From contig JBFGNS010000003.1 of NCBI GenBank assembly GCA_041574955.1, forward strand, positions 2,640-66,639: a stretch of DNA of 64,000 bases, given 5' to 3'. Every line of letters starts with the position of its first letter. Within the stretch, counting starts at the first letter, position 1. Source of the stretch: Thermoanaerobaculia bacterium. GTDB lineage: Bacteria > Acidobacteriota > Thermoanaerobaculia > Multivoradales > JAHEKO01. The notes beneath the pieces are model-generated. The model saw only the letters and a program-made list of their open reading frames with translations. It searched no databases and was not told where the DNA came from. This document shows, piece by piece, positions 56,787 to 64,000 of this stretch. The position numbers and the translations under genes are program-made.

Positions 56787-58064
56787 ATGGTCGAGTTCGT
56801 CACCCTCCTGCTGGGCGCGCTGGTCGCCGGCCCCACCGAGGTGCGGCTCGAGGTGCACCGGGACGTCGCGGCGGTGGAGCTGCTGCTGGACGGCACGGCG
56901 GTGGGCACGCTGCGCGCGGCGCCGTGGCGGGCGGAGGTGGATTTCGGCGCCGAGCTGGCGCCGCACCTGCTCGAGGCGGTGGCGTATTCGCCGGAGCGCG
57001 GCGAGGTCGGGCGGGCCAGTCAGTGGGTCAACCTGAACCCCAGGGAGTCGGAGGTCACGATCGCCCTCGACCGCGACCTGCGGAGCGGCCGGGTGATGGC
57101 GCGGGTGGGTTGGCAGAGCCTGGCGGAGGACAACCGTCCGCTGGCGGTGCGCGCGCTGTTCGACGGCGAGCCGCTCGAGGTGCGCGACCCGGCCGCCATC
57201 GTCCTGCCGCCGCACACGGCGGACCGGGTGCACCACCTCGGCCTGGAGCTCGAGTTCGCCGGCGGGGTGCGCGCGTCGGCCGAGGTCACCTTCGGTGGCC
57301 AGTACGGCGACAGCATCAGCTCGGAGCTGACCGCCTTTCCGGTGGTGCTCGGCGGGCGCGACGAGCTGCCCGAGCCCGAGGCGATGCGTGGCTGGTTCCG
57401 CTCCGGGGAGCGTCCGCTGCGGGTGCACGGTGCCGACAGGGGGGTGGCGGAGATCGTGGTGGTGAGGTCCTCCGAGGCGCGAACACGGCTCTATCGGATG
57501 CAGCGGCGGCGCGCGCCGGCGCCCGGTTTCGCCACCCTCGACAGCGACCAGCGCCTGCGCTTCCTCGGTGCCAGCCCGCAGCTGGTGGGTGGCGGCGCGG
57601 AGCCGTTCGTGGTCTTCCCGCGCTCGCCGGAGATCGGCTCGCGGATCCGCGGGCTGCTCGAGCTGCTGGCCATGGTGAGCTTGCCCGGCGCCAGCTCGCA
57701 GGAGCCGAGGCTCGCCGATGCCGTGGCGGTGGCCGGGCTGTTCGCCAACCGCAGCGCGCGGCGGCGAGCCGTGGTGCTGATCGCCACCGGCGACTCCCCG
57801 GACGCCAGCCGGTTCGATCCCGCGCGGGTGCGGAGGTACCTCGCCAGGGTGGGGGTGCCGCTGGTCGTGTGGAGCCCGGAGCCGGGCGGTGGGGCGGTGG
57901 GGGAATGGGGCCCGGCGGTGGACGTCTCGACCGGCTTCCGGATGGATCGGGCCTGGGCGGCGCTGGGCCGCGAGCTGGAGCGCCAGCGGGTGGTCTGGCT
58001 GAGCGGTCTGCATCTGCCGCAGCACATCGTCCTCGACACCGAGGGTGTCGAGGCGCTGCGCTAG
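56787..58064 (+). CDS. Hypothetical protein with C-terminal VWA-related-like region
   Basis: High-GC3 coding throughout. The C-terminal part (RRAVVLIATGDSPDASRFDPARVRRYLARVGVPLVVW) resembles VWFA-related domains. No firm family call. Confidence 0.55.
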   Translation: MVEFVTLLLGALVAGPTEVRLEVHRDVAAVELLLDGTAVGTLRAAPWRAEVDFGAELAPHLLEAVAYSPERGEVGRASQWVNLNPRESEVTIALDRDLRSGRVMARVGWQSLAEDNRPLAVRALFDGEPLEVRDPAAIVLPPHTADRVHHLGLELEFAGGVRASAEVTFGGQYGDSISSELTAFPVVLGGRDELPEPEAMRGWFRSGERPLRVHGADRGVAEIVVVRSSEARTRLYRMQRRRAPAPGFATLDSDQRLRFLGASPQLVGGGAEPFVVFPRSPEIGSRIRGLLELLAMVSLPGASSQEPRLADAVAVAGLFANRSARRRAVVLIATGDSPDASRFDPARVRRYLARVGVPLVVWSPEPGGGAVGEWGPAVDVSTGFRMDRAWAALGRELERQRVVWLSGLHLPQHIVLDTEGVEALR

Positions 58065-58176
58065 CCACCGCCGGCAGCGGCGCGGCGCGCGCGCGTCGCT
58101 CGTCCGCCGCGCAGGGCGTGGCGCTGGACGCGCCGCCGCCGTCGGCGGTACTCTGCTCCGCCGAGGAGGGTTCCCG

Positions 58177-58890
58177 ATGAAGCGTACCGCCCGATCGTCC
58201 GCCGTCCGCGGGTTCTCGACCGCCGCCGCGGCGCTGCTGCTCGCCGGCGTCACCGCGGCCGCGGCCCAGCCGCCGTCGCCGGGAGGCGGCGGCGAGGAGA
58301 TCGCTTTCGAGGTCCAATCGGTCGACGCGCGCAGCTGGGTGGTGACGGCGCGCGACCTCGAGACAGGAGAGCTGTTCAGCTTCAGGCTGCCGCCCGAGTC
58401 GTTTCGCGGACAGCGGTTCCAGGCCGACCTGGGCGGCGGCGGACCGGGCGAGAAGATCACGGTCCAGGCACCGCCCGGGGCGCGGCTGGACAAGGCGGTG
58501 ATCCAGCAGCCGATGGCAGCCGGCGGTCCGTCGGCGCGCTCGTCGGCGCGCGGTACCGGTCTCGACCGCGGCCAGCCGTCGGCGCCCGGCGGCCGCCCGG
58601 GCGGCGTGGGCGGCCGGAGCGGGCCGAGCCGTCAGCTCCACCCCGGCCGGCGCGCCGCGGGCCCGATGGAGTACCAGGTGATCTCGGTCGACTCCCGCAA
58701 CTGGCAGGTAGAGGCGCGCGGCAGCGACGGCTCCACCGTCACCCTCGGGGTCGATCCGCAGGCGTTCGTCGGCTACCGGTTCCGCGCCGCGGTCAAGAAC
58801 CTGCGCGCCGGCCAGGGGTTCGAGCTGCTGGCGACCAACGACCGGCCGCTCGAGAACTGCTGTACGGTCAAGGGACGCCCCGGGCGCTAG
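58177..58890 (+). CDS. Secreted hypothetical protein with internal duplication
   Basis: Signal peptide; GAGGAGGG Shine-Dalgarno sequence. Two copies of a SVDxRxWxVxAR...FxGxRFxA module are separated by a Gly/Pro/Ser/Arg linker. The C-terminus shows NCC. Confidence 0.6.
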   Translation: MKRTARSSAVRGFSTAAAALLLAGVTAAAAQPPSPGGGGEEIAFEVQSVDARSWVVTARDLETGELFSFRLPPESFRGQRFQADLGGGGPGEKITVQAPPGARLDKAVIQQPMAAGGPSARSSARGTGLDRGQPSAPGGRPGGVGGRSGPSRQLHPGRRAAGPMEYQVISVDSRNWQVEARGSDGSTVTLGVDPQAFVGYRFRAAVKNLRAGQGFELLATNDRPLENCCTVKGRPGR

Positions 58891-58932
58891 CCCGGCGGAC
58901 CGCGCCCGCGGTGCCGCCCGCACCTGTCGACC

Positions 58933-61191
58933 GTGCCGCGTCCTGATCTCGCCGGCCGCTACGGCCGGTGGCTGGTTACGCGCCCCCGTGCGGCGGGCGT
59001 GCTGGCGGCGGCGCTCGGGCTGGCGCTGGTGGCGGCGGCCGGCCTGGCGGGACTGGGCTTCGACAACTCGCCACGGGTCTTCTTCGTGCGCGACGCGCAG
59101 CTCGTGGGTGCGCTCGACGAGCTCCAGGAGCGGTTCGGCGGCGGCTCCACGGTGCGCATCGCCTGGGGCGGCGACGCGTTGTGGACGGCACCGGGCGTCG
59201 CCTGGCTCGAGCGCGCGACCCGCCGGGCCGCAGCGGTCCGCGGGGTGGTGGCGGTGCACGGTCCGCTCAGGCTGGAGCCGTGGTGGCCGCCGGCGGAGGA
59301 GCCGGCGGAGCTGGGGCGGCGGCTGCGCGGCGATCCGCTGGCTCTGGCCGGCGGCTGGGTGACCGCCGATGGCGACTTCGTCTCGCTGCTGGTGGAGCTC
59401 GAGCCAGGGCTGTCGCGAGCCGACCTGCACGCCGCGCTGGCGGCCCTCGAGCGGCTGGCTGCCGAGGCTCCCGGCGCCGCCGCGGTGATGGCCGGCCTGC
59501 CGGTGATCGAGCGGGCGATGGACCGCTCGTTCGAGCGGCTGGTGCGCTGGATCTTCCCGGCGATCGCCGTGGTGTGCGCCCTTCTGCTGGCGCTGGCCTG
59601 CCGCGATCCGCTGGACGCGGCGCTGCCGCTGGTGTCGGTGGCGTTGACCGAGGCGGCGCTGGTGGGCTGCATGGGTTGGGCGGGCGCGCGTCTCAACCTG
59701 GTCAGCTCGGTGCTCCTGCCGATCGTCTTCGTGCTCGGTCTGGTGACCGCCACCCACCTCCAGATGCGGTTCCGGGCGCGCCGCGAGGAGGGCCTCGAGC
59801 CCGGCGCGGCCGCGGCGGCGGCGCTGCGTGACCGCGCGTGGCCGGTGTTCTGGGCCGGCGCCACCACCGCCGCCGCCTTCGGCTCGTTCGTCCTCGGCCG
59901 GCTGCCCGCGGCGCGCCAGCTCGGGCTGTGGACCGCCGTCGGCGCGCTCCTGATGGTGGCGGGCGCGTTCGCCCTCCAGCTGCCGGCGATGGCGCTGCTG
60001 GACGGCGCGCGCCGGCGGCGGAGAGACGACTTCGACCGCTTGGCCGGGCGGCTGGGGCGTGGCGTGGCGACGGCGGCGGCGCGCCGGCCGGGCAGGACGC
60101 TCGCGGCCCTCGGGCTCGCCGCCGTCGCGGCCGGCGCCGGCGTCCTGCGGCTCGAGCTGGACAGCAATCTGCTGGGCTACTTCCCGGCAGGCCACCCGCT
60201 GCGGGTGGGCTTCGCGGCGGTGGCGGAGCGCGGCGTCGGCGCCGCTCCCGCCGACCTGCTGCTCGAGCTGGACGGCGGGCCGGAGGCGGTGGCCGATCCG
60301 GCGGCCAGCTTCCGCGATCCCGAACGGCTGCGCCGTCTGGCCGAGCTGACGGCGGCGCTGCGCGCCGAGCCGCCGGTGCTGGGCGCGCTCGGCGCCGGCG
60401 ACCTGTTCGAGGCCGCCGGCCGCCGCGCGACCCCCGGCGGGCCGTCGAGCGCCCGCACCCGGTGGCTGGTGCTCGGCCTGCTGCAGACCGACCCCGAAGC
60501 CAGCCGCCTGTTGGCGCGGATGGTGACGCCGGACGGCCGCACCGCCCGGCTCACCCTGCTCCTGCCGGTCACCGGTCACGGCAGCCTGCTGCCGGCGCTC
60601 GACGCCGCCGCCGAGCGCGCGCGGGCGGCCTTCCCGGAGGCCAGGGTGCGGTGGACCGGGGAGTACCCGCTGGTGCTGGTGGCGCAGCGCGACCTGCTGG
60701 CGACGATGTCCGCCTCGCTGGCGCTGACCGTGGCGGTGGTGGCGGCTGTGCTGGCGCTGCTGGCGGGCTCGCTGGCGGTGTGGGCGGCGGTGGCGGCGGC
60801 CAACCTGTGGCCGCTGGTGGTGGCCGTCGGGGCGATGGGGTGGGGCGGGGTGCCGCTCGACAGCACCACGGTGATGATCGCCGCCGTGGTGCTGGGTACC
60901 GCCGTCGACGACACCTTCCACACGCTCGGCGAGCTGCGGCGCACCGGCGGCGACGTGCTCGAGGCGATCGCCGGCGTGGCTCCGGCGCAGCTGCTGACCA
61001 CCACCATCCTGGCGCTGGGCATGGCGAGCTGCGCGCTGTCGGATTTCCTGCCCATCGCCCGCTTCGGGCTGGTGACGGCGGCCGCCCTGGTGGCGGCGCT
61101 GGCGGGCGACTGGCTGCTGCTGCCGGCGTTGCTCCGGCGTCGCAGCGGACGGCGCGAGGCGGCTAGAATGGCGACAGGCGGAGATTCATGA
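58933..61191 (+). CDS. MMPL / RND-superfamily exporter (COG1033-like)
   Basis: 752 aa with two blocks of about 6 TM segments, each following a soluble loop. GTG start. Confidence 0.7.
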   Translation: MPRPDLAGRYGRWLVTRPRAAGVLAAALGLALVAAAGLAGLGFDNSPRVFFVRDAQLVGALDELQERFGGGSTVRIAWGGDALWTAPGVAWLERATRRAAAVRGVVAVHGPLRLEPWWPPAEEPAELGRRLRGDPLALAGGWVTADGDFVSLLVELEPGLSRADLHAALAALERLAAEAPGAAAVMAGLPVIERAMDRSFERLVRWIFPAIAVVCALLLALACRDPLDAALPLVSVALTEAALVGCMGWAGARLNLVSSVLLPIVFVLGLVTATHLQMRFRARREEGLEPGAAAAAALRDRAWPVFWAGATTAAAFGSFVLGRLPAARQLGLWTAVGALLMVAGAFALQLPAMALLDGARRRRRDDFDRLAGRLGRGVATAAARRPGRTLAALGLAAVAAGAGVLRLELDSNLLGYFPAGHPLRVGFAAVAERGVGAAPADLLLELDGGPEAVADPAASFRDPERLRRLAELTAALRAEPPVLGALGAGDLFEAAGRRATPGGPSSARTRWLVLGLLQTDPEASRLLARMVTPDGRTARLTLLLPVTGHGSLLPALDAAAERARAAFPEARVRWTGEYPLVLVAQRDLLATMSASLALTVAVVAAVLALLAGSLAVWAAVAAANLWPLVVAVGAMGWGGVPLDSTTVMIAAVVLGTAVDDTFHTLGELRRTGGDVLEAIAGVAPAQLLTTTILALGMASCALSDFLPIARFGLVTAAALVAALAGDWLLLPALLRRRSGRREAARMATGGDS

Positions 61192-62360
61192 CGGGCGAAC
61201 CGATAGGCATCCTGACCGGCGGCGGCGACGTGCCGGGTCTCAACTCGGTGATCAAGTCGGTGGTCTACCGGGCGTCCGAGCTCGGGCGGCCGGTGATCGG
61301 CATCCGGAAGGGGTGGGAGGGGCTGACCCACGCCGACCTGAGCGCTGGCGACGATCCGGTCTACATCCGGCGGCTGAGCCGCGAGAACACCCGCACCATC
61401 GACCGCTCGGGCGGTACGGTGCTGCACACCTCGCGCACCAACCCCTCGCGGGTGGCGGCCGACAGGCCGCCGGCGCATCTCGGCGAGGCCGAGCTGGGCC
61501 GGCTGTCGGAGAAGGACGGCTTCCTCGACTTCACCCCGGTGGTGCTCGACAACCTGCAGCGGCTGGGGATCGGCACGCTCATCACCATCGGCGGCGACGA
61601 CACGCTGAGCTACTCGGCCCGCCTCCACGAGCACGGCTTTGCCGTGCTGGCGGTCCCCAAGACGATGGACAACGACGTTCGGGGCACCGAGTACTGCATC
61701 GGCTTCTCGACCGCCATCACCCGCGCCAAGGACCTGATCAACCGCCAGCGCACCACCCTCGGCTCGCACGAGCGCATCGGGGTGTTCCGCATCTTCGGCC
61801 GCGACGCGGGCTTCACCGCGCTGTACACCGGCTACGTCACCTCGACCCGCTGCCTGCTGCCCGAGTACAAGTTCGATCTCGACCACCTGTGCGAGCTGCT
61901 GGTGTCGGACAAGCGGGACAACCCCAGCCACTACTCGCTGGTGGTGGCCTCGGAGGGCGCGGTGTGGGAAGGCCAGAACCTGGCCGAGTACGGCGAGGCC
62001 GACGCCTACGGTCACAAGAAGAAGGTCGACGTCGGCTACGCGCTCAAGGAGGAGATCCGGCGCCGCACCGGCGAGGACACCATGGCCAGCGACCTGACCT
62101 ACGACCTGCGCAGCGGCGACCCCGACTCGATCGACCATCTGGTGGCGATCACCTTTGCCAACATCGCGCTCGACCTGATCGGCGACGGCGTTTCGGGCCG
62201 CATGGTGGCGATCCGCAACGGCGCCTACACCCATACCGTGCTGCCCGATCCCACGCTCGGGCCGCGCCGCGTCAACGTCCAGCAGCTGTACAACGCCGAG
62301 CGCTACCGGCCGAACTACACGGCCAAGCTGGGCGCGCCGCTGCTGCTGAACATGGAGTAG
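61188..62360 (+). CDS. pfk: 6-phosphofructokinase (signature residues suggest possible PPi dependence)
   Basis: Shows GILTGGGDVPGLN, TIGGDDTL and VPKTMDNDV. An Asp in GGDDT and a Lys in PKTxDND are the residues associated with PPi-PFKs. ATGA overlap with the upstream gene. Confidence 0.85.
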   Translation: MTGEPIGILTGGGDVPGLNSVIKSVVYRASELGRPVIGIRKGWEGLTHADLSAGDDPVYIRRLSRENTRTIDRSGGTVLHTSRTNPSRVAADRPPAHLGEAELGRLSEKDGFLDFTPVVLDNLQRLGIGTLITIGGDDTLSYSARLHEHGFAVLAVPKTMDNDVRGTEYCIGFSTAITRAKDLINRQRTTLGSHERIGVFRIFGRDAGFTALYTGYVTSTRCLLPEYKFDLDHLCELLVSDKRDNPSHYSLVVASEGAVWEGQNLAEYGEADAYGHKKKVDVGYALKEEIRRRTGEDTMASDLTYDLRSGDPDSIDHLVAITFANIALDLIGDGVSGRMVAIRNGAYTHTVLPDPTLGPRRVNVQQLYNAERYRPNYTAKLGAPLLLNME

Positions 62361-62414
62361 CGCGAGCCGCCGCCGGCGGTGCCGGCCGGCGCTCGGAACC
62401 CGGGAGACGTTGGG

Positions 62415-63407
62415 ATGATCCGACCGCTCATCGTCGGACGCGGCAGCGCCGGCCAGGCGCTGCACCAGGCGCTGGCGATGTACCCGGACGAGGTGGCGCC
62501 GGCGGTCTGGCTCGAGCGCGGGGCGCCGCTGCCGGAGCCGGCCGACCCGGAGCGCGAGCTGCTGCTGATCGCCAACCCGCACGCGCTGCACACCCCACGG
62601 CTGCTGGAGGCCGCCGAGCGGGGCTACCGGTACGCGGTCTGCGAGAAGCCGGCAGCGGTGGATCTGGCTCAGCTCGCGAGTCTCGACAAGCTGCCGCTCC
62701 AGGTCTGGGTGTGCCACGGCTACCGCATGCTGTGGGGCCCGCGCGAGCTGCGCCGCGCCTGGCGAGCCGGCCGCTTCGGCCGGGTGCTGTCGATCGAGGG
62801 CCGCTACTGGCATTCGAGCGCCACCCACGAGGCCGTCGAGAGCTCGTGGAAGGACGACCCGGAGCTGTCCGGCCGGCACGACGTGCTGCTCGACCTGGCG
62901 ACCCACTGGACGGACCTGGTGGTGTTTCTCGCCGGCCGGCTGCCGGCGGCGACCACGGTGCGCCGGTGGCACGTCAACGCCAGCGCGCCGCACCGCGACA
63001 CCCACCTCCACCTGGCGATGGACCTGGGCGAGGTCGCCAGCCTGGGCTCGGTGTCGAAGACCGTGCACGGCGCCGGCAACCTGCTCGAGCTGTGGGTGCT
63101 GGGCGAGGACGCCACCGCCCGCTGGCGGTTCTCGGACCCGGACGTCATCGTGTGGGGGACCCACCGCGTGCGCTCTACACAGACGCGGGTCGCCGCCGAG
63201 CCGCCCTACCGGCCGCCACCGTTCCACGGTCTCGGCTGGATGGAGGGCTACGGCCGGCTGGTGGCCGAGGTGATCGCGACCATGGCCGGTGGCGGCTCGG
63301 CGGTGGCGCCGACCCTGGTCGAGCACCTGGCCGTGCTGCGTTGCCTGCTCGAGGCGGTGGCCCTCGACGAGGCGCCGGCGCTGCCCGGCGACGGAAGCCG
63401 CCAGTGA
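62415..63407 (+). CDS. Gfo/Idh/MocA-family oxidoreductase-like protein
   Basis: Rossmann-like N-terminus IVGRGSAG, the EKP motif (AVCEKPAA), and a C-terminal alpha/beta domain. Confidence 0.65.
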   Translation: MIRPLIVGRGSAGQALHQALAMYPDEVAPAVWLERGAPLPEPADPERELLLIANPHALHTPRLLEAAERGYRYAVCEKPAAVDLAQLASLDKLPLQVWVCHGYRMLWGPRELRRAWRAGRFGRVLSIEGRYWHSSATHEAVESSWKDDPELSGRHDVLLDLATHWTDLVVFLAGRLPAATTVRRWHVNASAPHRDTHLHLAMDLGEVASLGSVSKTVHGAGNLLELWVLGEDATARWRFSDPDVIVWGTHRVRSTQTRVAAEPPYRPPPFHGLGWMEGYGRLVAEVIATMAGGGSAVAPTLVEHLAVLRCLLEAVALDEAPALPGDGSRQ

Positions 63408-64000
63408 CGGCGGCGGGCGGGGGCGGGCCGCTCGGCGCGCTGCCGCTGGTGCTGTCGGCCTGCCTGCTGGTGGCGGGCTGTGCGCGGCAGCCAGGGCTCG
63501 AGGTCGATCTGCCGGTTGCCGACGGCGTGGTGTTGCAGCGGCGAGCGCCGCTGCCGGTGCGCGGCTCGGCGGCGGCCGGCACCCGCGTCGAGGTGGCGCT
63601 CGGCGGCGACACCGCCGCGGCGCACGCCGGCGACGACGGCCGCTGGCAGGTCGAGCTGCCGCCACGCGAGGCCGGCGGCCCGTACGAACTGCACGTCGCG
63701 GCGGGCGGCGAGCGGCGGGTCTTCCGGGATGTCCTGGTGGGCGACGTCTGGCTGTGCTCGGGGCAGTCCAACATGGAGTGGCCGGTGGCCAGGTAGCGCG
63801 ACGCCGAGACCGAGATCGCCGACGCCGGCGATCGAGCCATCCGTCACTTCAAGGTGCCGCGCTCGTGGTCGGCGGCGCCGGCGACGACCCTGGCGGGCGG
63901 CGTCTGGCGGCCGGCCGAGCGCCGGTGGGTGGGTGAGTTCACCGCCGTCGGCTACTTCTTCGCCCGCGCCCTCCGGCAGCACGTCGACGTCCCGATCGGC
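63404..64000 (+). pseudogene. Lipoprotein sialate O-acetylesterase homologue interrupted by in-frame TAG (3' end outside window)
   Basis: Lipobox LLVAGC and catalytic context DVWLCSGQSNMEWPVAR, then TAG at 63794-63796. The same frame continues with family-typical RDAETEIADAGDRAIRHFKVPR...EFTAVGYFFARALRQHVDVPIG. Confidence 0.7.

Noticed and set aside
63794-63796. The TAG could be a pyrrolysine codon.
   Set aside because: No pylS, pylT or pylBCD-like genes are visible in the window. The position is a variable column of the esterase family. A nonsense mutation or sequencing error is far more parsimonious.

Overview
This 64-kb window is very GC-rich (hand counts of about 70-73% in most genes) and densely coding. 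It has no rRNA or tRNA genes, no CRISPR array, and no transposase, integrase or phage genes. I support about 50 protein genes; many are joined by 1-8 nt stop/start overlaps, so they sit in tight operons.

**Main blocks**
- **2-15723 (+):** a 5'-truncated nucleotidyltransferase/GT2 gene, then an unclassified amino-acid/peptide-tailoring gene set. That set is a Thr-synthase-fold PLP enzyme, a DUF1611/DgcN-like protein, a PP-loop::creatininase fusion, an enolase-type epimerase and an AsnB-like amidotransferase. It is translationally coupled to a tripartite RND exporter whose outer-membrane factor carries an N-terminal ABC_sub_bind-like domain.
- **15806-20670 (+):** SppA, a PDZ protein with a W/E/G/M repeat tail, and an S8 protease ending in seven WxDG hexapeptide repeats.
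- **20702-26899 (-):** a four-gene operon of two secreted PQQ-like beta-propellers plus a cytoplasmic PaaK/LuxE-like adenylating enzyme and an ALDH/acyl-CoA-reductase-like protein.
- **26919-28862 (-):** two Hsp20 genes and two CBS-domain genes.
- **28963-32902:** a six-repeat choice-of-anchor-D-like surface protein beside an ExeA/GspB-like pair.
- **32903-33517:** a 615-bp intergenic region with a perfect 33-bp inverted repeat.
- **Remainder:** housekeeping and mixed genes, including pdxH, tdh-kbl, hrpB, a Na/Pi transporter with PhoU, an MMPL transporter and PFK.

**Features the ORF track misses**
- A SelW/Rdx-type selenoprotein gene (51742-51999) with an in-frame UGA in a CxxU motif and a SECIS-like hairpin.
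- A sialate O-acetylesterase homologue interrupted by an in-frame TAG (63794-63796).

All functional calls come from motif recognition by eye; no database search was run.
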